From Candidatus Omnitrophota bacterium (GTDB taxonomy: Bacteria; Ratteibacteria; UBA8468; MWAK01): 55,953 nucleotides of DNA. Made by a program: the position numbers and the translations under genes. The stretch covers positions 1 to 55,953 of the forward strand of contig JBDRQI010000014.1 of the NCBI GenBank assembly GCA_043826355.1. The letters are read 5' to 3'. The notes under the pieces were generated by a model. It saw only the letters and a program-made list of their open reading frames with translations, searched no databases and was not told the origin of the DNA. Shown one piece after another: positions 1 through 8,602 of the stretch (position 1 is the stretch's first letter; each line of letters begins with the position of its first letter).

Positions 1-77
1 TGCGTATTCCGGTCCAAAGGAGCCACCCATTCCGGTAAAGGAGCCACCTATTCCGCTCAAAGGAGCCACCCCCCTGT
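1..77 (+). repeat. IS21 left end with three tandem transposase-binding repeats
   Basis: ATTCCG-N2/3-AAAGGAGCCACC occurs three times (about 5-27, 28-48, 49-70). Confidence 0.92.
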
Positions 78-101
78 AGTCCAGTAATCCCCCAGAATAA
101 T

Positions 102-129
102 TTGCCAAGCAGACCGCGTGTTGTATAAT
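102..129 (+). promoter_or_regulatory. Putative sigma70 promoter of istA
   Basis: TTGCCA (102-107), 16 bp spacer, TATAAT (124-129); AGGAGG ribosome-binding site before ATG 153. Confidence 0.6.
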
Positions 130-152
130 GCTCCGAAAAGGAGGCTTCTTAT

Positions 153-1709
153 ATGGCACGCGAAAGAATCAGCATGGATAAGATTCGTGAGATACTGCGC
201 CTGAAACATCAATTGAGTTTAAGCAACCGGCAGATCGCCGTCAGCCTGCACATGGGCCGAAGGGCGGTGTCCGAATATTGGGATCTGGCCCAAAAGAGCG
301 GCTTGGCCTGGCCGGAGGCCCAGGGACTAAGCGATACGGAACTGGAGCAGAGACTATTCCGGCGCAACCCGCCAACCGGCAAGAAGGTCCAGCCGGACTG
401 GAACTATATCTACCGGGAACTGAAGCGTCCTCATGTAACCCTGCAACTGCTCTGGCAGGAGTACAAAGAAGAAAATCCGGATGGGCTCCAGTACAGCTGG
501 TTTGGCGAACTCTACGGAAAATGGCGGAAAACACTGAACATCTGCATGCGCCAGGAGCACCGGGCCGGGGAGAAGTTATTCGTGGATTACTGCGACGGTC
601 TGTTTATCACGGACCGAAAGACCGGAAAGAAAACCCCAACCCAATTATTCGTAGGTGTCTGGGGAGCCAGTAATTACACCTACGCCGAAGCAAGCCTTAC
701 CCAAAAGAAGCAGGAGTGGATAATGTCGCACGTCAGGGCGTTTGAGTATTTCGGCTGCGTGCCCAAGATAACCGTGCCGGATAACCTCAAAAGCGGGGTG
801 AGCAAAGCCTGTAAATACGAGCCGGACATCAACCCGACCTATTTGGACTTGGCCCGGCACTACAACACCACCGTAATCCCGGCCCGGCCGTACCGGGCCA
901 AGGACAAAGCCAAGGCGGAGGCCGGGGTGTTAGTTGCCCAGAGATGGATACTGGCCTGTCTGAGAAACCGGACCTTCTACAGCCTGGCGGAACTCAACGC
1001 AGCAATCCGGGAACTCCTGGAGAAACTCAACAACCGACAGATGCAGAAACTGCACCGCAGCCGGAAAGAGATGTTTGAGACTCTGGATAAAATGGCGGCT
1101 CTTCCTTTGCCGGAAAGACGCTACGAATACGCGGAATGGAAGAATGCCCGGGTAAACATCGACTACCACATTGAGATTGAAGGCCATTGTTACAGCGTGC
1201 CCTACCAACTGGTCCATCAGCCGGTTGATGTCCGGATAACGGCGCATACGATTGAGGTCTTCTCCAAAGGACAGAGACAGGCCAGCCACGTGAGAAGTTC
1301 GGTAAAACACACCTACACCACGATTGAAGAGCATATGCCGGAAGCGCACCGCAAATACCTGGAGTGGACGCCCTCCAGGATACTTTCCTGGGCGGAAAAG
1401 ACCGGCCCCTGCACCAAAGAACTGATGCAGGCGATTATTGAAGGCCGTAAATACCCGCAGCAGGCCTACCGCTCCTGTCTGGGAATCTTCCGGCTGGAAA
1501 AACACTACCCGAAGGAGCGGATAGAGAACGCCAGCCGGAGGGCTTTAAAATACCGGACCTTTTCGTATCAGAGCATAAAGTCCATCCTGGCGGCCGGACT
1601 GGACAAGCACGTCGATTTGTTTCCGCAGCCGGCCGGTTTAATCTCCCCGGTCCATGAGAATATCCGCGGGGAAGATTACTACCGGAAAACGGATGGGCAG
1701 GTAAATTGA
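153..1709 (+). CDS. istA: IS21 transposase IstA
   Basis: N-terminal HTH, DDE motifs FVDY / VPDNLK / DKAKAE, C-terminal HENIRG. Confidence 0.96.
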   Translation: MARERISMDKIREILRLKHQLSLSNRQIAVSLHMGRRAVSEYWDLAQKSGLAWPEAQGLSDTELEQRLFRRNPPTGKKVQPDWNYIYRELKRPHVTLQLLWQEYKEENPDGLQYSWFGELYGKWRKTLNICMRQEHRAGEKLFVDYCDGLFITDRKTGKKTPTQLFVGVWGASNYTYAEASLTQKKQEWIMSHVRAFEYFGCVPKITVPDNLKSGVSKACKYEPDINPTYLDLARHYNTTVIPARPYRAKDKAKAEAGVLVAQRWILACLRNRTFYSLAELNAAIRELLEKLNNRQMQKLHRSRKEMFETLDKMAALPLPERRYEYAEWKNARVNIDYHIEIEGHCYSVPYQLVHQPVDVRITAHTIEVFSKGQRQASHVRSSVKHTYTTIEEHMPEAHRKYLEWTPSRILSWAEKTGPCTKELMQAIIEGRKYPQQAYRSCLGIFRLEKHYPKERIENASRRALKYRTFSYQSIKSILAAGLDKHVDLFPQPAGLISPVHENIRGEDYYRKTDGQVN

Positions 1710-1726
1710 AAACAACGGGAGGCGCG

Positions 1727-2479
1727 ATGTTAAATGAACAGACAATAGTCAAGATGCAGGAGATGAAGCTTCTGGGCATGGCCCAGTTTTTTAAGGAACT
1801 GGCCGGCAAGCCGGAACACTCCGATCTAACCCACGATGAGTTTGTGGGGCTCCTGATAGACGCGGAAGCCACCAGCCGGGAGAATAAAAGGCTGCAAAGG
1901 CTCTTAAAAAACGCCAGGTTGAAACAACAGGCCTGCATAGAGGACATTGATTACCGTCATTCAAGAGGACTGCACAAGCAGACCATTCTGGAACTGTCTG
2001 CCGGTAAATGGCTGACAAATCGCCAGAGCGTGCTTATCAGCGGCCCGACCGGAGTCGGCAAGACCTACATTGCCTGCGCGATCGGAAATTGCGCCTGCCG
2101 ACAAGGATACAACGTCTTTTACACCAGGGCACCCAGATTATTCAATACCCTCTTCCAGACCAGGGCGGACGGAAGTTACCTGAAGTATCTTGCCAAACTG
2201 GCCAGATTCAATCTCTTGATAATCGACGATTTGGGATTAAGTCCGATGAACGAAAACGAAAGGAAGGACTTCCTGGAGATTGTGGAAGACCGGAATCTTT
2301 CCGCCTCCCTGATTATCTCCAGTCAGGTGCCGGTCAAGGACTGGTATCAAATCATCGGGGATCCGACCATAGCAGACGCTATTTGCGACCGGCTCCTGCA
2401 TAACGCACACAAAATTGAATTGAAGGGCGAGTCATTGAGGAAAGCGGGCAATTTGAAAACAAGCCCGGAAAGGGGGTAA
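1727..2479 (+). CDS. istB: IS21 helper AAA+ ATPase IstB
   Basis: Walker A GPTGVGKT, Walker B LLIIDD, DPTIADAICDRL; ATG 1727 follows GGGAGG (ORF track starts at TTG 1706). Confidence 0.96.
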   Translation: MLNEQTIVKMQEMKLLGMAQFFKELAGKPEHSDLTHDEFVGLLIDAEATSRENKRLQRLLKNARLKQQACIEDIDYRHSRGLHKQTILELSAGKWLTNRQSVLISGPTGVGKTYIACAIGNCACRQGYNVFYTRAPRLFNTLFQTRADGSYLKYLAKLARFNLLIIDDLGLSPMNENERKDFLEIVEDRNLSASLIISSQVPVKDWYQIIGDPTIADAICDRLLHNAHKIELKGESLRKAGNLKTSPERG

Positions 2480-2583
2480 ACTATTTCTTGAAAGAAATCG
2501 GCGCGGCGCACAGAAATAGAGAATCATTTCTGTGGAACAAAACAACTTAAACCAAAACTGCCGTCGCTTCGCTCCGATTCAAA

Positions 2584-2638
2584 ACAGGGGGGTGGCTCCT
2601 TTCACCGGAATCAGTGGCTCCTTTGAGCGGAATACGCA
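2584..2638 (-). repeat. IS21 right end with two transposase-binding repeats
   Basis: Reverse complement TGCGTATTCCGCTCAAAGGAGCCAC-TGATTCCGGTGAAAGGAGCCACC. Confidence 0.92.
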
Positions 2639-2965
2639 CATTTGTAGAACTTTATCTAAATTTTTTATCTGTAATAAACGTTTAATATAAACAGCCAACT
2701 CATAAATTGAAATTACCTGAGATTCGGTTGGAGTCAATAATTTTTGGATTAGCGGATGTTTCGGCATAGGAATCGGGGTGTTTCTCGCTTTATTCTCAAA
2801 AGAATCCCTAAGCCATTGTTCACCGAAAGATCCTTTTATTATTGCTATTGCCTCATTAACAAAATCTGGTGATATTTTCAACTTGCCGGATAATCTACAA
2901 GCTTGTTGCGACCAGAATTCGAAGGGGTCGCCCACATCAAACAAATCCATATCTTCTTTTTCCAT
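2639..2965 (-). pseudogene. Hypothetical gene, 5' part, interrupted by IS21
   Basis: The ORF reads ...LDKVLQM and then enters the IS end; the last 19 residues (CVFRSKEP...) are translated IS sequence. Confidence 0.8.
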
Positions 2966-3187
2966 TTTATATCAAAATTAGGGGTTATCTTAAATTACAA
3001 AACTTTTCTTTTTTGATTTTTACTTAATATGCATCCCTTATTTTCTTAAGAGTATTTTACCGTATTATACTGGTTTTGGGAAAAAAGATAATTGCGCCTG
3101 GACTGGATGGTGGGGTGGGTAGGCTGAACTGAAAAACATAACGTGTAGGATGGGGATAATATTTGCTGGAAGGTGATGAACTATTAC

Positions 3188-3457
3188 CTAGCCAGAGAAA
3201 GTACCTGGTAATGGCATTGTTGCCTCAGAATGTGGGTGTTTGGCTTCGTGGTGTCTTCTAATTACGTTCAGGAAATTGCCGTGCCGATGCAATGTAACCG
3301 AGAATTTGGCGTCTCGCATCTCGCGTGTAGGATACCCGTGGATCCTGGAGGTCTCGTTGGAACGCCCGCAGAATTCTGTGCGCTTGTCCCTTGTCTCAAA
3401 ATAGGCCATGTCGCATGCGCCGTTGTTATCAACAACGAACTAATCCCCTCCTGGCAT
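3188..3457 (-). pseudogene. Possible small gene or remnant
   Basis: 73-aa ORF (3188-3409); the frame extends upstream as MPGGD*FVVDNNGACD with one TAG at 3440-3442. Confidence 0.25.
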
Positions 3458-3512
3458 TGGTCGCCGGCGGGATTGCCACCGACGTCTTCTTTTTTAGGTT
3501 GGTGTGGGTTAT

Positions 3513-4721
3513 TTATTTCAAATCGGGCTTCGAATCAGCTGCAAGCTTCAATGCGGCGTTATCCTTATCAAACTCACCCAATACCGCTTTGGCATCCAGA
3601 GAAAAATCCCTTCCTTCTTTCAAGAAATTGCTTAAGCATTCTACTTGCAACCTTGCACAATTCTTGACTAACTCTGGCTCAAAACCATGCACAGTAATTT
3701 TCAGTTTGGGGCAAATCCAAAAGTAATTTCTTGTTTTTTTACCTCCGTCGTCATATTGCCTTCCATAAAAAACTGCCTTTCGGTTGCCATCGCCATCAAG
3801 GAATTCATTTAAAAGCCTAGAGGTCTCATCGGAAAAAGACTTGTTTAATAATCCAACCTGGCCTAATAACTCAACTTCGGAATCCCCGGAAATCGCAACC
3901 CACGGATCGTCTAACCCCTTCCTTATGGGCATTTCTATCAAGGCTAAAACTTTGGACTCGTCATATCTTAATATGAAAATTATCTTTGGTGTTGCTTGGA
4001 GCATATCTTTAGCGCTGATGACATCTTTAGACTTGGTAATTTCGTTCCAATGCGAAATAAAGTCCGTCGGTAATTCATCCTGCCCCTGCAAGTCCATCAA
4101 AAAACATCCTAGTGACATCCTGGGTAAATACTTGGTTTTTGCTGGATACTTGTTTAACCCAAAAAATACGGTATAATTGAAGGGGTTAGCAACATCTTCC
4201 TCAATAATGCGGATCCTATGTTTTTTAAGCAATTCTTCGCTACACAATAGACCATCGCCAGTTCGCTTTTTATCGTTAAACGCTCGGCAGGCATCAGTAG
4301 TTGTCGTATAGCCGCCGGCGAATCTTATGCCCTTGTTGCTTGCCAAGAAATCTGAACACTGATACTTTGCAACTGTGACAGAATAAACTGTGCCATCCTT
4401 GGCTAATGTACTACCTACCACACCCAAACCAAAATTGATGCGTTCTCCCCATAAATCGACAATTTTGCCTGCTTCCCCCCTTAGGGTTCCGGCGGTTAAG
4501 TCTTCTTGTGTCCTGCTGTGTAGGACAATAGTACCAAAATTCGAATTCCATATGGGCACCACGGCGGGTTCCGCAATCCTGCCTTTGCGTCTTACGGATA
4601 ATTTCCCAAGCAATTCCTGTTGGTGGCCACCAGTAATTAACTTATGTTTTGCCCCAAACCGCTTTCTGGATGCCAACCAAGTAAAAGAATTTTCCTCTCC
4701 AACGACGTAAATGTTTGCCAT
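3513..4721 (-). CDS. Divergent prephenate-dehydratase-like protein with ACT-like and extra C-terminal domain
   Basis: PDT-like motifs in order: VVGEENSFTWLA, AVVPIWNSNFG, VYSVTVAKYQCSDFL, TTTDA, NYTVF (the TRF position); about 110 extra C-terminal residues; ATG 4721 after GGAGAG. Confidence 0.7.
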   Translation of the reverse strand: MANIYVVGEENSFTWLASRKRFGAKHKLITGGHQQELLGKLSVRRKGRIAEPAVVPIWNSNFGTIVLHSRTQEDLTAGTLRGEAGKIVDLWGERINFGLGVVGSTLAKDGTVYSVTVAKYQCSDFLASNKGIRFAGGYTTTTDACRAFNDKKRTGDGLLCSEELLKKHRIRIIEEDVANPFNYTVFFGLNKYPAKTKYLPRMSLGCFLMDLQGQDELPTDFISHWNEITKSKDVISAKDMLQATPKIIFILRYDESKVLALIEMPIRKGLDDPWVAISGDSEVELLGQVGLLNKSFSDETSRLLNEFLDGDGNRKAVFYGRQYDDGGKKTRNYFWICPKLKITVHGFEPELVKNCARLQVECLSNFLKEGRDFSLDAKAVLGEFDKDNAALKLAADSKPDLK

Positions 4722-4742
4722 GCCGCTCTCCAATAACCTACA

Positions 4743-5840
4743 TCACTTATCTAGCCTCTTAACGGCTTTCGACAACCTTTCCCTGACATCGTCGGAGATG
4801 ATTTGAAGTTCTTTTTTTGATAAGCTTTCAAGCCATTCACAGAACCTTTCTATTTTTAAAAATGCCCGTTTAGGGATAACAAAGTCATCATAGACTGATT
4901 TTGCATATGAAAGAGTTTCATTCCCACTCTTGATAATTTTCCTGACCGAAGAATACTGCAACATGGCTGCGAAATCACGGATACCCGTCGTAGATATGAG
5001 TTGCTTGTCAAACAGATAGCCATAAAATAGCTTCTTGTCCTCCTTGATGGCTGTTGGGTTTTGCCTGTTTTTGATATCTTTATTGTAGAATTCTTCGAAG
5101 AAATGGAATTTTTCCCTGGCGAATGTTTCCGCTGATTTTTTTGCTTCCTTTGATTTTTTTTCGCTGAATTTTACATACTCTTTTATCATCTGCAGGACGT
5201 TAATAAACCTGTAAATGTCGGACTTAGACACGTCTAACAAGAACGTTACTTCTTCTATTGCTCGCTGCTCATCGTATTTTGCCTTGTATTCGGTGAACAA
5301 TTGGCTGGTATACTTTGCCCTTACTTCCCGAGGCCATTGTTCTTTATGGTCTGGAAGAAAGTTCATCTCAGATATTATTCTATATCTCAAACGCCTAGAT
5401 AGATGCGGCTTGAGACAATAAGCCGGAACGGTTTCGAACTTTGCGTCTTTCCCCTTTTCCTTGGATTGTAAATATTTACAGGCAATGAACCGCCTATTAC
5501 CATCTAAGAGTTCCTTTTCATAAGTAAGGATTAATGGTAACCTGACACCGTTCATCTTGATAGATTTTGCCAAATCAGTTATCTTGTGCAAACCTTTCTT
5601 GATGATGCTGCTAATTATTTCTTTATCGGATAGCCCCTTGGTGTCCTTTAGGCCGCTTTCCGCAACCAAATGCTCAATATCAAGTGATGTCCTGTCATTC
5701 TCTCTCCATAAGCAGATTGAATTAATGTCAACCTGCCCTTTGTATGCCTCAACCTTCTTGTCGTGGAAACGTACGGAATCGGCTTCAGGGTTTTTCAGCC
5801 AATCCGGCGGTGGCCAATCATGTCTTATTGCATTCGGCAT
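4743..5840 (-). CDS. ParB/Sulfiredoxin N-terminal domain protein
   Basis: LAKSIKMNGVRLPLIL...LLDGNRRFIA motif; ATG 5840 after GGAGG overlaps the MTase stop. Confidence 0.85.
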   Translation of the reverse strand: MPNAIRHDWPPPDWLKNPEADSVRFHDKKVEAYKGQVDINSICLWRENDRTSLDIEHLVAESGLKDTKGLSDKEIISSIIKKGLHKITDLAKSIKMNGVRLPLILTYEKELLDGNRRFIACKYLQSKEKGKDAKFETVPAYCLKPHLSRRLRYRIISEMNFLPDHKEQWPREVRAKYTSQLFTEYKAKYDEQRAIEEVTFLLDVSKSDIYRFINVLQMIKEYVKFSEKKSKEAKKSAETFAREKFHFFEEFYNKDIKNRQNPTAIKEDKKLFYGYLFDKQLISTTGIRDFAAMLQYSSVRKIIKSGNETLSYAKSVYDDFVIPKRAFLKIERFCEWLESLSKKELQIISDDVRERLSKAVKRLDK

Positions 5841-6975
5841 CTTGCACCTCCAGTGATTCCAGTATCGACTTACCAATTGCCGCCCCTAGTTGTACGGGAA
5901 CGGCATTCCCGATCTGTTTATATTTTTGGGATAGGCTTCCTTCAAATTTCCAACCTTTGGGGAAGCCTTGTAACAAGGCACATTCGACATAATTCAGCGG
6001 CCTCGGCTTTTCAGGGTGGCATAGATTAGTCGCCCTTCCCATCGGGTTCGTTGTTATTGTTGGGCTGGGCTTGTCCCAAGATAGCCTTCGGCAAAACCCA
6101 ACTTTTCCGCCGGTTGCATACCATCCCTTACCCATTACCTTCTTCTGCAAGTTCACAGGTAAACAAGTCCAATTCTCTCCCGCCTTAACTAAATTCTCAC
6201 TGAAGATTTTGTATCTTGTTTTATCATAAGGGAAGTAATCAATGCCCGCCCGTTCATATTTGCCATCCAGCCCCCCTATCGCATCTTTCAGCGTCCTTTG
6301 CCTACCCACATACAATCCTTTGGGAATAGCCAATTTGCAATCCCTACGAGTACCTACAATAAACACCCTCTTCCTTTTCTGGGCAGCTCCAAAGTCAGTA
6401 GCATCCAATTCCCAAACAGTGAGTCGATACCCGTTTTTCTTCCTCTGCCTTAGCACTTTTGCAAACTGCTTGTTTATAAAATCCCAGCCTGAACCAAGTT
6501 TTTCTTTCCTAGTTAAGTTCTTTCCGTCTTTTCCCCTTAAGTTTAACGGCTTATGTTGTATGGCCGCAGACAAGATTCCCTTAACATTTTCAAAGATGAA
6601 ACATTGCGGATAAATCCCCCAAACTACCTCAAGAAATTTGTGGAATAAGTTGCCCTCGTCTGACGAGATCGATTCTCTCCTACCAACAGTGCTGAATGGC
6701 TGGCAGGGTGGCCCTCCCGCAACTAGAAACGCTTGCCCGCGCTTCAATCCTGAAACACCAAGGATTTCCTGTACGGATACCTTGTTAATGTCTTTATTTA
6801 TTATCCTACTGCGCAGGGAAGGCCTATTTGCAATAATTGTTTTGGTACAACTATCATCCTTTTCTACGCAGGCCCTAATTTCAAAACCCGCCTTTTCGAG
6901 TCCCAAATCAAGACCAAGGGCTCCGGTGAATAGGGAAATTGATGGATGCTCATCTTTCTTGTTTTTCTTTTTCAT
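5818..6975 (-). CDS. dcm: DNA (cytosine-5)-methyltransferase
   Basis: Motifs SLFTGALG, GGPPCQPFS, FENVKG, QKRKRVF, YKQIGNAVP. Confidence 0.97.
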   Translation of the reverse strand: MKKKNKKDEHPSISLFTGALGLDLGLEKAGFEIRACVEKDDSCTKTIIANRPSLRSRIINKDINKVSVQEILGVSGLKRGQAFLVAGGPPCQPFSTVGRRESISSDEGNLFHKFLEVVWGIYPQCFIFENVKGILSAAIQHKPLNLRGKDGKNLTRKEKLGSGWDFINKQFAKVLRQRKKNGYRLTVWELDATDFGAAQKRKRVFIVGTRRDCKLAIPKGLYVGRQRTLKDAIGGLDGKYERAGIDYFPYDKTRYKIFSENLVKAGENWTCLPVNLQKKVMGKGWYATGGKVGFCRRLSWDKPSPTITTNPMGRATNLCHPEKPRPLNYVECALLQGFPKGWKFEGSLSQKYKQIGNAVPVQLGAAIGKSILESLEVQDAECNKT

Positions 6976-6997
6976 GGTACTGATTATACAACACTTT

Positions 6998-7408
6998 TTA
7001 GTGCTGGTCCAGGAAAAAGCTTATTCTATTGATTGTCTTTCCGAAATCATTCTTGAGTTGATGTTCCCAAACCCTTAATACTTTCCACCCCATTTTTCGC
7101 AGTTTTCCCTTATATAACTCATCTCGTTTACGGTTCCTTTCTATTTTTTTTCTCCAAAATTTATCTTTCAGCCGTCTTTTCCATGCAGGATACCTAAACC
7201 CATGCCAAAAATCGCCATCGATGAAAACGGCGATTTTCCGGGATGGTATGGCAATGTCAGGAGTTCCCAAAGCTTTCTTGTAATGTCGCTGGAAATATAC
7301 GCCTTGTTTTCTCAAGTCCTTAAATACCGCCCGTTCGGGAGAAGTATTTGTTGACCGGATAGCTGCCATAATTTTGCTTCTTGTTACCTTATTAAATCTA
7401 TCGGCCAT
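6998..7408 (-). CDS. vsr: Very-short-patch repair endonuclease
   Basis: MAD...RSKIMAAIRSTNTSPE, GTPDI, FIDGDFWHG, GWKVLRVWE. Confidence 0.96.
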   Translation of the reverse strand: MADRFNKVTRSKIMAAIRSTNTSPERAVFKDLRKQGVYFQRHYKKALGTPDIAIPSRKIAVFIDGDFWHGFRYPAWKRRLKDKFWRKKIERNRKRDELYKGKLRKMGWKVLRVWEHQLKNDFGKTINRISFFLDQH

Positions 7409-7624
7409 GCTATTTTATTCTAAAACCTTCATTTGTGCCTTAAAGGTCTAACGGAAAACGATCGCTTAGTTTTAGGTTTGCGGCTTGATGTCGGTTCAGA
7501 CTGTTGTTTTGTGGGCATCCTTATATTTCAAATTGTACTGCTTCCTGAGTTCCAAGGTCAATTTACTAAATTAAGAAACGACTGTAACTGGGTGGCGGGA
7601 ATGGGCGGGGTATCTTCCTGATTC

Positions 7625-7690
7625 TTGTGCCAGATTTGTGCCATGTTGGCGTCCAATTCGGCATATTTCCGTATAACTTGGTATAACTTG
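7625..7690. repeat. Direct repeats resembling integrase arm-type sites
   Basis: TTGTGCCA twice (7625-7632, 7636-7643) and GTATAACTTG twice (7671-7690), 75-140 bp from the tRNA breakpoint. Confidence 0.6.
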
Positions 7691-7764
7691 GGGAGGTGGG
7701 TGAAATCGTTGATAGACAACGGATTGGCTTGTGTAGTGCGGGTTTACAAAAAACGGCTGGGTCT

Positions 7765-7803
7765 CATTACAAATGCCCTGCTCTACCACTGAGCTAAGGC
7801 GGC
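7765..7803 (-). tRNA. tRNA-Thr(TGT), 5' half only (att junction)
   Basis: GCCGCCT TA GCTC AGTGGTA GAGC A GGGCA TTTGTAA TG, then AGACC instead of CCC; no T-arm or 3' acceptor strand follows. Confidence 0.88.
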
Positions 7804-7847
7804 TAAACGCTTAATTGGCGTACATCGGCATGAATCCGCTAACTTAT

Positions 7848-8570
7848 TCAGGCATAAAAACGCCGTAAATCTGCAAATAGCGTTTTTAGGTCCGGCTGAC
7901 CAGAAGCGGTCTTCGCGGAGAGCGAGGCGTAGGCCAGGACCGAACCAAAAAGAGGGGCGGCTATCCGGGAAAGAGCGCCCTCTTTACCCACCCCGATGGC
8001 GCAGATAAGATGACTCCTGGAAAAGAGATTACAAAACAGGAGCAGGCGGATAGTATCTTTCGGTCTTTCCGTAAGCGCCGCGATTTTAAAAATATCTGCG
8101 CCGAGATTTTTGGCCCGGCCTATCTTTTCGTAAAGGGTGCTGTCCGACGGAATACGGCGAAAGTTATGGTAGGAACCGATAACCGGTTTTTTGGCTTTTC
8201 GGGCCAACCTCGCTACCTTGCCGGCGATTGGGGAACCTATCTCCACATCTACCGCGTCAACCAAGGTAATCAGCGCCTCAAAAAATGACAGCCGGCTTTC
8301 GTCCGGCAAAACCCCTGGCCCCGGCGTCTCACTCTCTTCCGGCCGCCGGATGGTTAAAATGAGCGGTTTTTTGGTTTTTTGTTTTATCTCACGGATGAAT
8401 GACCGGCTATCTTCAATTTCTGGTTGTAACCCCTCGCCCCAAACACGGTCAAGCCGTATCTCCAGGATGTCGGCTATTTTCCAGTCGGCTTTTTCCCAAT
8501 CCCGGGCCGCCACCACTCCTACCAGCGCCGGCTTGTCCGATTTAATCGCCCTTCCGCCAATCTTAACCAT
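7848..8570 (-). CDS. aroD: Type I 3-dehydroquinate dehydratase
   Basis: ADILEIRLD, LTIR, SYHNF, ADIFKIA, SRI, ASGQ. Confidence 0.9.
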   Translation of the reverse strand: MVKIGGRAIKSDKPALVGVVAARDWEKADWKIADILEIRLDRVWGEGLQPEIEDSRSFIREIKQKTKKPLILTIRRPEESETPGPGVLPDESRLSFFEALITLVDAVDVEIGSPIAGKVARLARKAKKPVIGSYHNFRRIPSDSTLYEKIGRAKNLGADIFKIAALTERPKDTIRLLLFCNLFSRSHLICAIGVGKEGALSRIAAPLFGSVLAYASLSAKTASGQPDLKTLFADLRRFYA

Positions 8571-8602
8571 TTACCCTAAATTATATCCGATATAAAAACA
8601 GA

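Larger units (their letters stand above)
1..2638 (+). mobile_element. Complete IS21-family insertion sequence
   Basis: Ends TGCGTATTCCG (1-11) and CGGAATACGCA (2628-2638) are inverted repeats with TG...CA termini; encloses istA-istB. The left flank is outside the window, so no target duplication can be checked. Confidence 0.96.
2639..7764. mobile_element. Terminal part of an integrative genomic island at tRNA-Thr
   Basis: Visibly AT-richer than the backbone; restriction-modification-type cargo; IS insertion; boundary at a broken tRNA with arm-like direct repeats. No integrase in the window. Confidence 0.75.

Noticed and set aside
1..77. Three short direct repeats as a mini-CRISPR
   Set aside because: There are no spacers and they mirror the IS right end; they are IS21 terminal repeats.
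3230..4710. Plus-strand ORFs of 100-145 aa
   Set aside because: Antisense shadows of minus-strand frames; no motifs or RBS.
3513..4721. Housekeeping pheA
   Set aside because: TRF motif altered, extra domain present, and it sits in an AT-rich island operon with dcm and vsr.
7500..7570. Minus-strand peptide LELRKQYNLKYKDAH resembling a PIN/VapC toxin fragment
   Set aside because: Only about 20 residues between stops; too short to support.
7730..7803. Intact tRNA-Thr
   Set aside because: The anticodon stem cannot close and no T-arm or 3' acceptor strand follows.
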